This document shows positions 41,438-50,186 of a stretch of DNA of 63,864 nucleotides, one piece after another. Each line of letters starts with the position of its first letter. The first letter of the stretch is position 1. The DNA is taken from positions 1 to 63,864 of the forward strand of contig CAZEMU010000002.1 of assembly GCA_964513315.1 (NCBI GenBank), written 5' to 3'. The stretch comes from an uncultured Acidimicrobiaceae bacterium (GTDB lineage Bacteria > Actinomycetota > Acidimicrobiia > Acidimicrobiales > UBA10347). Below the pieces are notes generated by a model. It saw only the letters and a list, made by a program, of their open reading frames with translations, searched no databases and was not told the DNA's origin. The translations under genes and the position numbers were made by a program.

Positions 41438-42136
41438 CTACTTGGTTGCAGTGATGAGCTGCACGAGGCCGCCGTTGAGCTGCTTGTGGGTCACGTCGGC
41501 GAATCCTGCCGCCCGGACCTGAGCGGATAGCTCTTCGGGCTCGGGCAGGTACGACAGCGATCGAGGCAGATAGTGGTAGGCGTCGGCGTTCGAGAGTAAG
41601 CCGCCGATAAACGGAACGGCCTTACCGAAGTAGATGTCGTAGCCGAAGCGCAAGAACCGCGACCGTGGCCGGCTCACGTCGAGGAGCGCGATGCGGCCGC
41701 CAGGGCGCACGACACGAGCGAGCTCAGCGAAGAACGGGTCGAGTTCAACGAAGTTCCGCAAGGCAAAGCCACACGTGACGCCGTCCATCGAACCGTCGGG
41801 GACGGGCAGCGCCAGTGCATCGCTGTGGACCAGGGGAGCTGTGGTGCGCGCGTGGGCGAGCATGCCGAACGCCAGGTCGAAGCCGATCGGGCGGTGGTCT
41901 TGCTCGGTGAGGGTGCGGCAGAAGTCGCCGGTGCCGCACGCGAGGTCGGCGATGACCGAACCCGATGGCAGTGCGAGATCTTTGATGGTTCGGTTGCGCC
42001 AGCGGACATCGAGACCGAAGGTCATGATGCGATTCACGAGATCGTAGCGAGGCGCGATGGTGTCGAACATGGTTCGAACGCTGGCGACCTTGTCGTCGCC
42101 GGTCGGGAGCGGATCGTCTCGTTGGGGGATGCCCAT
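41438..42136 (-). CDS. menG: demethylmenaquinone methyltransferase (UbiE/MenG)
   Basis: FDTIAPRYDLVNRIMTFG, DLACGTGD (SAM motif I), FALRNF. ATG 42136 shares one base with the upstream TAA (TAATG). Confidence 0.88.
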   Translation of the reverse strand: MGIPQRDDPLPTGDDKVASVRTMFDTIAPRYDLVNRIMTFGLDVRWRNRTIKDLALPSGSVIADLACGTGDFCRTLTEQDHRPIGFDLAFGMLAHARTTAPLVHSDALALPVPDGSMDGVTCGFALRNFVELDPFFAELARVVRPGGRIALLDVSRPRSRFLRFGYDIYFGKAVPFIGGLLSNADAYHYLPRSLSYLPEPEELSAQVRAAGFADVTHKQLNGGLVQLITATK

Positions 42137-42522
42137 TACTGGAACCACGTCTTGACGTAGCTGCGGCTGATCGGATGGATCAACAGCGCGAAGTAGGCCA
42201 CGGGGAACACGATGCCGATCAGGAAGTCGACGCTGAACAGCACGCCTCCACCTGAGAGCAACACGTAGGCGCCCAGGGCGAGCATGCCGATGCTCGACAG
42301 CACGACGGCCACGTACCAAGCGACTTTCTTATCGTTGGCAATGCCAACCGTCGCGGCGAAACCGAGCAGGACGGCCACGAGCCCGATGGGATTCAGCCAG
42401 GTGCCGCTGAGGACGGAGAAGACGACCCCGATGTAGCCGAGCGATACGGCCATCGAGAGGGTTTGCGGATGCATGCGGTTCATCCACTGCAAGTTCTGCA
42501 CCCGCTCAGTGTGCCAGCCCAC
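42136..42522 (-). CDS. hypothetical four-TM membrane protein
   Basis: Hydrophobic helices throughout; translationally abutted to menG. Start uncertain: 42522, 42483 or 42474. Confidence 0.6.
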   Translation of the reverse strand: MGWHTERVQNLQWMNRMHPQTLSMAVSLGYIGVVFSVLSGTWLNPIGLVAVLLGFAATVGIANDKKVAWYVAVVLSSIGMLALGAYVLLSGGGVLFSVDFLIGIVFPVAYFALLIHPISRSYVKTWFQ

Positions 42523-42586
42523 ATGGCCTGGTGCGGCGCGCTACGAGCGTGGTGTCAAACGCCACTCGCTGTGTGCAACTTGTCGA

Positions 42587-43660
42587 TCAGGCTTGGCGAG
42601 TCTTGGACCCCAAGGTGACCGGCGTGGCCGAGTTGGCCTCGTTGCGATGACGGGCGGCGAGCTGGCCGCAGGCGGCATCGATATCGAGCCCTCGGGTACG
42701 TCGCACCGTTGCGGTCACGCCTTGGTCTTCAAGAAGGTCACGGAACTTATAGAGCCGCTTGGGTGGGGCGCCACGAACGGGATAGCCGGGCGTGGGATTC
42801 AGCGGTATGAGGTTCACGTGCGCTCGGGTACGACGAGCCACACGGGCCAGCTCTTCGGCGTCTCGGTCAGAGTCGTTCACGTCGTGGATGAGCGCCCACT
42901 CGATCGACACGCGACGGCCCTTGCGGTTGCGGTATTCGTTCATCGCATCGCAGAGCGCATCGATGGGGTAGCGCCGATTGATCGGCACGAGCTCGTCGCG
43001 CAGCTTGTCGTTCGCTGCATGCAGGGAGACGGCGAGGGTGACGGGCAGATCCGCTTCGGTGAGCTTGCGAATGCCGGGGATCACACCCACGGTCGACACG
43101 GTGATCGACCGGGCGGACAGGCCGAGGTCACCGTGGAACCGCTTGACGGCTTTCCACGTGTTGTCGAAGTTCGCCAGTGGCTCGCCCATGCCCATGAACA
43201 CGATGTTGGACACGCGGCGATCTCCAGCGGCTCTCGCTGCTGTGACGACCTGTTCGATGATCTCGCCGGAGCGGAGGTGACGGTCGAAGCCAGCCTGGCC
43301 GGTGGCACAGAACCCGCACGCCATCGCGCAGCCCGCTTGGCTGCTCACGCAGACCGTCGCCCGATCGGGATAGAGCATCAGCACGGTCTCGATCTGGTGG
43401 CCGTCGTGGGCCTTCCAGAGCCACTTGAGGGTCTGGCCCTTGTCGGCTTCTTGGACTTGGACCTCGTTCAGTGCGAGCGGCGCAGCTTGGTTCAGGTGAG
43501 CGCGGAGCTTCTTGGGGATCGTCGTGATCTGGTCGGGGTGGCGCAGGTCGCTGTAGAGGCCCTGCCAGATTTGGTCGACGCGGTAGCGCGGCTCACCATC
43601 GCAGAGTTCTGCGAACTCGTCACGATCAAGGTCGTAGAGCGTGGTGCCGGGTCGGCTCAG
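42587..43660 (-). CDS. rlmN: 23S rRNA/tRNA adenine-C2 methyltransferase RlmN (radical SAM)
   Basis: CVSSQAGCAMACGFCATG (CX3CX2C). The conserved N-terminal domain LYDLDRDEFAELCDGEPRYRVDQIW is encoded in frame upstream of the track start (43384), with no ATG/GTG/TTG available. CTG 43660 is proposed as the start (see finding). Confidence 0.85.
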   Translation of the reverse strand: MSRPGTTLYDLDRDEFAELCDGEPRYRVDQIWQGLYSDLRHPDQITTIPKKLRAHLNQAAPLALNEVQVQEADKGQTLKWLWKAHDGHQIETVLMLYPDRATVCVSSQAGCAMACGFCATGQAGFDRHLRSGEIIEQVVTAARAAGDRRVSNIVFMGMGEPLANFDNTWKAVKRFHGDLGLSARSITVSTVGVIPGIRKLTEADLPVTLAVSLHAANDKLRDELVPINRRYPIDALCDAMNEYRNRKGRRVSIEWALIHDVNDSDRDAEELARVARRTRAHVNLIPLNPTPGYPVRGAPPKRLYKFRDLLEDQGVTATVRRTRGLDIDAACGQLAARHRNEANSATPVTLGSKTRQA

Positions 43661-44421
43661 CTGGTCGATGGGTCGATCGTACGGCGGTAGGCGCGCTCCG
43701 TGCGGTGATGGACGAAGCCGATGCGCTCGTAGACGCGATTGGCGGCGTCGTTATCGCTTTCGACATACAACATGCCGTGGCGTATGCCTTGGGCCGCGAG
43801 CCAGTCGAGACCAGCACGGGTCATCGGGCTGCCGAGCCCCTGGCCGTGGGCGGACGGGTCGACGGCGATGACAAAGATCTCGCCAAGCACCGGATCTTCG
43901 TCGGCGTGGACCTTGGTCCAGCAGAAGCCGAGGATCTCGCCGTTGCGCTCGTAGATGCGGAAGCCGTCGGGGTCGTACCAGTCCTCGCTCATCGTCGCTG
44001 CGAGACGCTCCCGGTTGAGGCCAGACTGTTCGGGGTGCCAGCTGAAGGCGCGGTTGTTGACGCCGATCATTGCGTCGGTGTCGTCGTCGGTGAAGGGCCG
44101 GGTTTCGATCGTTGCGGGCTCGGCAGGCAACGGGCATCGGAGTTGCCAGAGGTCTCGGAACGCGTCGAAACCGGCAGCAACGGCGGCGCCGTCAGCATCG
44201 TCGTCGACGGCATGGATCCACAGCTCGGCGCTGCCGCCACCAGCGGCGGCGATGGTTTTGATGGCAGCGTCGAGTTCGGCGTCGACATCGGTCCCGTCAC
44301 GCCGGTTGGAGACGTCAATCGTCCAGGTTCCAGACGTTTCATTGCGGGTCGTCGCGACGGTCATAGCCGCGAGACTAGGACCTTGTGTCTGCATCGCCCC
44401 CAAATGTGAACGATCCATCAA
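43657..44421 (-). CDS. mshD: mycothiol synthase MshD-like GNAT acetyltransferase (short N-terminal domain)
   Basis: VNNRAFSWHPEQSG, GEIFVIAVDPSAHGQGLG, MLYVESDNDAANRVYERIGF motifs. Start uncertain: 44421 or 44364. Confidence 0.75.
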   Translation of the reverse strand: MMDRSHLGAMQTQGPSLAAMTVATTRNETSGTWTIDVSNRRDGTDVDAELDAAIKTIAAAGGGSAELWIHAVDDDADGAAVAAGFDAFRDLWQLRCPLPAEPATIETRPFTDDDTDAMIGVNNRAFSWHPEQSGLNRERLAATMSEDWYDPDGFRIYERNGEILGFCWTKVHADEDPVLGEIFVIAVDPSAHGQGLGSPMTRAGLDWLAAQGIRHGMLYVESDNDAANRVYERIGFVHHRTERAYRRTIDPSTS

Positions 44422-44437
44422 ATTGCACGCTGGGTGC

Positions 44438-44466
44438 TTGGCAGGCCTCCGTAGGTGTTCTATAGT
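44438..44466 (+). promoter_or_regulatory. near-consensus sigma-70-type promoter
   Basis: TTGGCA (44438..44443), 17 nt, TATAGT (44461..44466). Confidence 0.6.
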
Positions 44467-44472
44467 TCGCCT

Positions 44473-44570
44473 CGTCGGGTTCCGCCACCCGACCCAAAGG
44501 TGACTAGCTCAGGGATCCGCCGCCCTGTGTCGCCAGTGCCGGCGCCCTTCGGGGCGCCGGCTTTCTTTTT
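44473..44570 (+). ncRNA. candidate small RNA (~98 nt): two hairpins with UCCGCC loops plus an intrinsic terminator
   Basis: Hairpin GTCGGG-TTCCGCCA-CCCGAC (44474..44493). Hairpin CAGGG-ATCCGCCG-CCCTG (44510..44527). Terminator 44538..44570. No credible ORF in the interval. Confidence 0.55.
44538..44570 (+). terminator. Rho-independent terminator
   Basis: GCCGGCGCCC-TTCG-GGGCGCCGGC followed by TTTCTTTTT. Confidence 0.85.
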
Positions 44571-44708
44571 GCCCACCAATTCCGCCCATCGAACCGGCGT
44601 TTCAGCGCACCGGTTGCGTGTGGGATACCGACGTGCTGGTGCCCCTGACCGCTGATGTGGTCGGTGGGGTCAGCGTTGCCGCAATCTGTGGGCCGGCCCA
44701 GGCTGTGC

Positions 44709-45425
44709 TCAGACGCTGAGTGTGTCGATGAGGTCGAGCAGCGAGCGGCATTCGTGGGTGAGTTCGACGCTGGCGGGGCGATCCGCGCCAGCCGGGTTGA
44801 ACCAGCACGTTGCGATGCCAGCCGCCTGAGCCCCGGCCATGTCACTCGTCAAACTGTCGCCGATCATCACCGTTTGTGATCGGCGCCCGCGCGCTCCGTG
44901 AACACGGTCGAGCTCGTCGAGTGTCAGGTCGAAGATCGCCGGGTCGGGCTTGGCCAGACCGACCTCGTCGGAGATCACGATCGGGTCGAACCAGCGGTCG
45001 AGGCCGAGTCGTGCCACCTTGGCCCGTTGCACCGTGGTGAGCCCATTGGTGACCAAGGCGAGCTCGGCCTTCGAGGCGATCGCATCAAGCACGGCGTCCG
45101 CTTCGGGGTACAGCTCGCCGTGGGCTCCCAAGCCGTGCTGGAACATCTGGCCGAGCTCATCGGAACTCACGTCGGCCGTGGCGCCAGACGCGCCGAACTC
45201 GTCCAAGAGTTCGTCGAAGCGTCGTCGCCCCGCCTCGGCTGGCGTCAGCTCGCCTCGTTCAACGCCAGCCCACAGCCGGCCATTGATGACCTTGTAGCGG
45301 TCGAACACCTCGGGGCTCGTCGGCAGTCCCGCCGCGTCCGCACATTCGGCGAACGCCAACCGTTCCGATGCAGCGAAGTCGAACAGCGTCAGATCGAGAT
45401 CGAACAGCAGCGTGCGGTAGCGCAT
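44709..45425 (-). CDS. HAD-superfamily hydrolase (YjjG-like nucleotidase subfamily)
   Basis: LLFDLDLTLFDF (DxDxT), VTNG, MIGDSLTSDMAGAQAAG motifs. ATG 45425. Confidence 0.85.
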   Translation of the reverse strand: MRYRTLLFDLDLTLFDFAASERLAFAECADAAGLPTSPEVFDRYKVINGRLWAGVERGELTPAEAGRRRFDELLDEFGASGATADVSSDELGQMFQHGLGAHGELYPEADAVLDAIASKAELALVTNGLTTVQRAKVARLGLDRWFDPIVISDEVGLAKPDPAIFDLTLDELDRVHGARGRRSQTVMIGDSLTSDMAGAQAAGIATCWFNPAGADRPASVELTHECRSLLDLIDTLSV

Positions 45426-45438
45426 CGGGAACGGTCCG

Positions 45439-45711
45439 TCAGCGAAGGGTGTTGAGCGCTCGTTGGATGCGACGCTGAGCGGAACGGAGGGATCGTTCGA
45501 CGTCGTAGAGGTCGCCCGAGACGTCTTCGCGCTCGATGGCACGCCACCGGTCGGCAACGTCTACGACGCGGCCCTGCAGGTCATCGAGGACGGTTGCGAT
45601 CGACGACAACTCGGCGGAGTCGCCGCTTGCGCTCGGAGGACCTGCGTCATTGCTCACCGCTGGGTTGTACTCGGTGCATTGGTTCAAGGCAAGGTCCGGC
45701 GGCCAGATCAT
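45439..45711 (-). CDS. hypothetical small helical protein (weak call)
   Basis: Its stop lies 13 nt before the HAD gene start. The helical-looking C-terminus is LDDLQGRVVDVADRWRAIEREDVSGDLYDVERSLRSAQRRIQRALNTL. Start uncertain: ATG 45711 or GTG 45657. Confidence 0.35.
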   Translation of the reverse strand: MIWPPDLALNQCTEYNPAVSNDAGPPSASGDSAELSSIATVLDDLQGRVVDVADRWRAIEREDVSGDLYDVERSLRSAQRRIQRALNTLR

Positions 45712-45765
45712 CGACGGCCGAAAAGGAAGCCGACGCGAGGGGCAGGCCCGGGTAGCGTGCTGGGC

Positions 45766-47079
45766 GTGTTGTTGACACGTCATGACCTGCGCCAGGTGAC
45801 CGGGAACTACGCCGACGTTCTTCCCCGTCCGCTCGACGATGGTGAGGGGCCGCTCGAGATCGTGCGGTCCATCATCGACGACGTTCGACATCGTGGCGAT
45901 GACGCCATTAACGAGCTGGGGGAGCGGTTCGACGGATCGGCCGCCGATCCGCTCGTCGTCACTCCTGACTTGATGGCCGCGGCAATCGACCGAGTCGATC
46001 CCGACGTGATCGCATCGTTGCGGGCTGCCGCTGCGTCGATCGACCTGTTCCACCGCTCCGAAGCGGGCGCCGATCACGTGCATGAGCGTGACGGCATGAC
46101 GATCCGCCAGATTCGCCAGCCTGTGGACCGCGCCGGTTGCTATGCGCCTGGCGGGCGTGCGGCGTATCCGTCAACCGTGCTCATGACGGCGGTGCCCGCT
46201 CGAGCCGCAGGCGTCGAGATCGTCGTGCTGTGCGTGCCGCCCGGCAACAACGGCAAGGTCGATGACGTCACGTTGGCCGCGGCCTCGATCGCAGGCGTCG
46301 ATGAGCTCTATGCCGTTGGCGGCGCCCAAGCGGTCGCAGCGATGGCATACGGAACCGAGTCGATCGCGCCGGTCGACGTGGTCGTCGGACCGGGCAATGT
46401 GTTCGTTGCGCTCGCCAAACGAGAGGTCAGCGGCGTCGTCGGCGTGCCCTCGTCGTTCGCCGGGCCAAGCGAGATCTGCGTCGTCGCTGATGCCCAGGCT
46501 GATCCGCGATACGTGGCCATCGATCTCATGGTCCAGGCCGAACACGGCCCCGACGGACTGTCGTGGCTGATCGCGGCCGACGAAGCCGTGGTCGACGCCG
46601 TCGAGGCTGCGATGACCGAACTGTTGAAATCGGCGCCTCGCCGCGAGGACATCGAGGCGACGTTGTCCGAAGGCGGCCACGTTGCGATCGTCCGAGACGG
46701 TAACCAAGCCGTCGACGTCGCCAATGTGATCGCTCCCGAGCACCTGCAGCTCATGACCGTCGATGCCGAGCGGCTCGTCGGCCGGGTCCGCCACGCGGGC
46801 GCCGTCTTCCTTGGCTCGATGGCCCCCGCATCGCTGGGCGACTACATCGCCGGTCCCTCGCACGTCTTGCCGACGAATGGCACGGCTCGCTTCGGCGGCG
46901 CGCTCGGCATCGCCGATTTCACCAAGGACGTGCACGTCGTGACCGTCACGAACGAAGCGCTCGAGTGGGCAGGGCCGCACGTCGCGACCTTGGCGACCGC
47001 CGAGGGACTCGACGCCCACGCCGAGTCGGTTCGCCTGCGCCTCGCCGACATTGCCGCAGGCAAGGGGAGTGGCGCATGA
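45766..47079 (+). CDS. hisD: histidinol dehydrogenase
   Basis: HisD layout (QAEHGPDG, SHVLPT). The 538-aa ORF from 45463 is too long. Clustered GTG/TTG starts at 45757-45772 give the normal ~437 aa. Confidence 0.9.
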   Translation: MLLTRHDLRQVTGNYADVLPRPLDDGEGPLEIVRSIIDDVRHRGDDAINELGERFDGSAADPLVVTPDLMAAAIDRVDPDVIASLRAAAASIDLFHRSEAGADHVHERDGMTIRQIRQPVDRAGCYAPGGRAAYPSTVLMTAVPARAAGVEIVVLCVPPGNNGKVDDVTLAAASIAGVDELYAVGGAQAVAAMAYGTESIAPVDVVVGPGNVFVALAKREVSGVVGVPSSFAGPSEICVVADAQADPRYVAIDLMVQAEHGPDGLSWLIAADEAVVDAVEAAMTELLKSAPRREDIEATLSEGGHVAIVRDGNQAVDVANVIAPEHLQLMTVDAERLVGRVRHAGAVFLGSMAPASLGDYIAGPSHVLPTNGTARFGGALGIADFTKDVHVVTVTNEALEWAGPHVATLATAEGLDAHAESVRLRLADIAAGKGSGA

Positions 47080-48173
47080 GCTTTCGTCCGCCGGTCCGCG
47101 ATGACCTGGCTGCACTGCCGGGCTACCACTCGCCCCAGCTCGACGTCAGCGTGCGACTCAACACCAACGAAAGTCCCGAGCCACCTCCGCCCGGGTTCCA
47201 GCAGGCGGTTGCCGAGCGAGTCGCCGCGCTCGACTGGCATCGCTATCCCGACCGTGGCGTCACCGAGCTGCGCACCCGTCTCGCTGCGCACCATGCGCCC
47301 GAGAACTCTGCGATTGGCATCGACAACATCTTCGTCGCCAACGGGTCGAACGAGGTGCTGCAGACGATCATGCTTGCGTGGGGTGGCCCCGGCCGTTCGA
47401 TCCTCACGTTCGAGCCGACGTACGCAATGCACGGCCAGATCGCACGAGTGACCGGCACCGGTGTGATCGAAGTCGAGCGCCAGCACGACTTCACCATCGA
47501 CGCCGATCAGGCGCTCGCGGCGATCGCCGAGCACAAGCCCATCGTCACGTTCCTCTGTTCGCCGAACAATCCGACCGGCATGGTCGAGCCCCGTGAACTC
47601 GTCGAAGCCGCCCTCGAGACCGTGCGGCCCTTCGGCCTGCTCGTGGTTGACGAGGCCTACGCCCAGTTCAGCACCTGGTCGGCGCTGTCGATGTTCGACG
47701 AAGACGCGCCGCTCATCGTGACCCGCACGTTCTCCAAGACCTGGGCTATGGCCGCCGCCCGGCTCGGTTACCTGGTCGCGCCCGAATGGATCAACGAGCG
47801 CCTGAACACGGCGATCTTGCCGTACCACCTCGATGCGGTCTCCCAGATCGCCGGCGAGACCGCGCTCGAATTCGAAGACGAGATGGCCGCACGTGTCTCT
47901 CGGCTCGTCGAGCAACGCGGCGTGATTCAGTCGCGCCTCAGTGAGCTTGGCGTCGAGTTTTGGCCGTCCCAATCGAACTTCGTGCTGTTCCGCCCCGATG
48001 GCGGAAGTGGCGGCGGCGACGGCAATGCGGTGTGGCAGCGCCTGGTCGACCAAGGAATTCTCGTCCGCAACTGCTCGACATGGCCGCGCCTCGATGGCTG
48101 TTTGCGAGTGACGGTGGGATCCAGCGACGAAAACGCTGCCTTCCTCGACGCTCTCGCCGCCATACTGGACTGA
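47076..48173 (+). CDS. hisC: histidinol-phosphate aminotransferase
   Basis: LNTNESP, FSKTWAMAAARLGY (PLP Lys). ATGA overlap with hisD. Confidence 0.92.
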   Translation: MSFRPPVRDDLAALPGYHSPQLDVSVRLNTNESPEPPPPGFQQAVAERVAALDWHRYPDRGVTELRTRLAAHHAPENSAIGIDNIFVANGSNEVLQTIMLAWGGPGRSILTFEPTYAMHGQIARVTGTGVIEVERQHDFTIDADQALAAIAEHKPIVTFLCSPNNPTGMVEPRELVEAALETVRPFGLLVVDEAYAQFSTWSALSMFDEDAPLIVTRTFSKTWAMAAARLGYLVAPEWINERLNTAILPYHLDAVSQIAGETALEFEDEMAARVSRLVEQRGVIQSRLSELGVEFWPSQSNFVLFRPDGGSGGGDGNAVWQRLVDQGILVRNCSTWPRLDGCLRVTVGSSDENAAFLDALAAILD

Positions 48174-48210
48174 TTCCTAGGCCTGTCGGCCAACCCACAG
48201 TGAGGCAAAG

Positions 48211-48798
48211 ATGACCCGCTCTGCAGAGCGATCGCGCACGACCAAAGAGACGTCGATCGACGTCGCCGTCGACCTCGATGGCGGATCGGTCGACTGCTCG
48301 ACCGGTATCCCGTTCTTCGATCACATGCTCGACCAGCTCGGTAAGCATGGTCAGTTCGGGCTCAAGGTTCATGCCGACGGCGATCTCGAGATCGACGCGC
48401 ACCACACGGTCGAAGATGTCGGCATCGCGCTCGGCGCCTGCTTCGGCGAGGCACTCGGCGACAAGGCCGGCGTGCGTCGGTTCGCTACTGCTTCGTGCCC
48501 GCTCGACGAAGCGCTCGTCGATTGCGTGCTCGATCTCAGCGGACGCCCGTTCTTGGTCTACGAAGTCGATCCTCCAGGCGAGAAGATCCTCGGCACTCCG
48601 CCGTTCGATCCTCAGCTGATGGAAGAGTTCTGGCGAGCGTTCGTCGGCGGGGCTGGCATCACCATGCACCTGGTGCTGCAGCGCGGCCGTAACACCCACC
48701 ACATCATCGAGTCGCAGTTCAAGAGCGCGGCGCGTGCCTTGCGTGACGCCGTTCGTATCGAAGGCTCCGAGGTGCCCTCGACCAAGGGTGTGCTCTAG
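48211..48798 (+). CDS. hisB: imidazoleglycerol-phosphate dehydratase
   Basis: RTTKETSI, DAHHTVEDVGIALG, NTHHIIESQFK motifs. Confidence 0.95.
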   Translation: MTRSAERSRTTKETSIDVAVDLDGGSVDCSTGIPFFDHMLDQLGKHGQFGLKVHADGDLEIDAHHTVEDVGIALGACFGEALGDKAGVRRFATASCPLDEALVDCVLDLSGRPFLVYEVDPPGEKILGTPPFDPQLMEEFWRAFVGGAGITMHLVLQRGRNTHHIIESQFKSAARALRDAVRIEGSEVPSTKGVL

Positions 48799-49455
48799 GT
48801 GGAGCCCACCGTTGCCGTCATCGACTACGGCATCGGCAATCTTCGATCGGCAGAAAAGGCGCTCCAACGAGTTGGTGCTGACGCGTCGCTGACATCGTCG
48901 CCGGACGAGATTGCCGCAGCCGATGCGGTCGTGTTGCCGGGCGTCGGCAACTTCGGCCGCTGCATGCAGGCCCTGCACGAATCGGGCCTGGCGGATGCAG
49001 CGCTCGCTGCCGTCGAGTCGAAGCGTCCGTTTCTCGGCATCTGCGTCGGCATGCAGATGCTGTTCGAGCACAGCGAAGAATGCCCCGAAGAACCTGGCCT
49101 CGGTGTGCTTCCCGGCCACGTGCGGCTCCTGCCAGACACGGTCAAGCGGCCCCAGATGCAGTGGAACCCCGTCACGGTCAAGGACCCGCACCCCGTGCTG
49201 CACGTGATCGACGGCGAATGGATGTACTTCGTGCACAGCTACGCCGTGCTCGATTCGTCCGCCGCCCTTGCGACCTGTGACTACGGCGGCCCGATGGTCG
49301 CGGTCGCGGGCCGAGACAATGTGCTCGCCACCCAGTTCCACCCTGAGAAGTCCGGCCGCGCCGGTCTTGGTCTGCTCCGCGAGTTCGTCGAGCAGATCCC
49401 CGTTCTGGCGCCGAGCCAGACAGACGGAAGCCCGATCACAGGACAAACAGCATGA
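48799..49455 (+). CDS. hisH: imidazole glycerol phosphate synthase, glutaminase subunit
   Basis: VIDYGIGNLRS, LPGVGNFG, GICVGMQ (catalytic Cys), QFHPEKS. Confidence 0.95.
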   Translation: MEPTVAVIDYGIGNLRSAEKALQRVGADASLTSSPDEIAAADAVVLPGVGNFGRCMQALHESGLADAALAAVESKRPFLGICVGMQMLFEHSEECPEEPGLGVLPGHVRLLPDTVKRPQMQWNPVTVKDPHPVLHVIDGEWMYFVHSYAVLDSSAALATCDYGGPMVAVAGRDNVLATQFHPEKSGRAGLGLLREFVEQIPVLAPSQTDGSPITGQTA

Positions 49456-50186
49456 AGCTCTATCCCGCCATCGATATTCGTGGCGGCAACTGTGTGCGCC
49501 TCTACCAGGGTGACTACGACCGCGAAACCGTCTACGGCGACGACCCGGCCGATCAGGCCGCTCGGTTCGCCAACGAGGGCGCCGAGTGGATCCATTGCGT
49601 CGACCTCGACGCGGCCCGTTCCGGCGACCAGCAGAACTTGCCGTCGATCGCTGCCGTCGCTGAACGCGTCGGCGTACCGATGCAGGTCGGCGGGGGCGTC
49701 CGAACCGTCGAAGCTGCCAAGCGTTTGTGGGATGCCGGGGTAACCCGGGTCGTCATTGGCACCGCGGCGATCGAGAACCCGGACCTGGTCCGTGAACTCG
49801 CACCGCAGGGTCAGGTAGCGGTTGGCCTCGACGCATGGGGCACCGACATTGCCGTCGCCGGGTGGGAACAACGCACCGGCAAGGATCTCTTCGAGACGGT
49901 CGCGTCGTTCGCTGACGCAGGCGTCGCCGCATTCGTCGTCACCGAGATCGGTCGCGATGGCACGATGGAAGGCCCCGACGTCGACGGCCTCACTCAGGTT
50001 CTCGCAACGACGGAAGTTCCCGTCATCGCCAGCGGGGGAGTCGGCGCCATCGACCATCTGCACGCGCTCGCAGCGCTCGAAGCAGACGGCCGCACCCTCG
50101 AAGGCGCCATCGTCGGCCGCGCCATTTACGAAGAGGCCTTCACGGTTACCGAAGCGGTCGCAGCACTGTCGGGTCCGTCGACGTGA
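49452..50186 (+). CDS. hisA: ProFAR isomerase HisA (possibly a PriA-type bifunctional HisA/TrpF)
   Basis: [20 protein letters not shown] motifs; ATGA overlap. PriA status is inferred only from actinobacterial context. Confidence 0.9.
   Translation: MKLYPAIDIRGGNCVRLYQGDYDRETVYGDDPADQAARFANEGAEWIHCVDLDAARSGDQQNLPSIAAVAERVGVPMQVGGGVRTVEAAKRLWDAGVTRVVIGTAAIENPDLVRELAPQGQVAVGLDAWGTDIAVAGWEQRTGKDLFETVASFADAGVAAFVVTEIGRDGTMEGPDVDGLTQVLATTEVPVIASGGVGAIDHLHALAALEADGRTLEGAIVGRAIYEEAFTVTEAVAALSGPST

Noticed and set aside
44572-44708. Weak hairpins downstream of the HAD gene stop (AACCGG-N12-CCGGTT; CTGACC-N16-GGTCAG) as a minus-strand terminator
   Set aside because: Short stems, long loops, and no U-tract on the minus strand. 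The strong hairpin at 44538..44570 has its T-tract on the plus strand only.
45463-45765. N-terminal extension of hisD (the 538-aa ORF from 45463)
   Set aside because: HisD is normally about 430-440 aa. The segment 45610-45760 translates to RRPDHRRPKRKPTRGAGPGS-type junk. Clustered GTG/TTG codons at 45757-45772 give the usual MLTR-like N-terminus.
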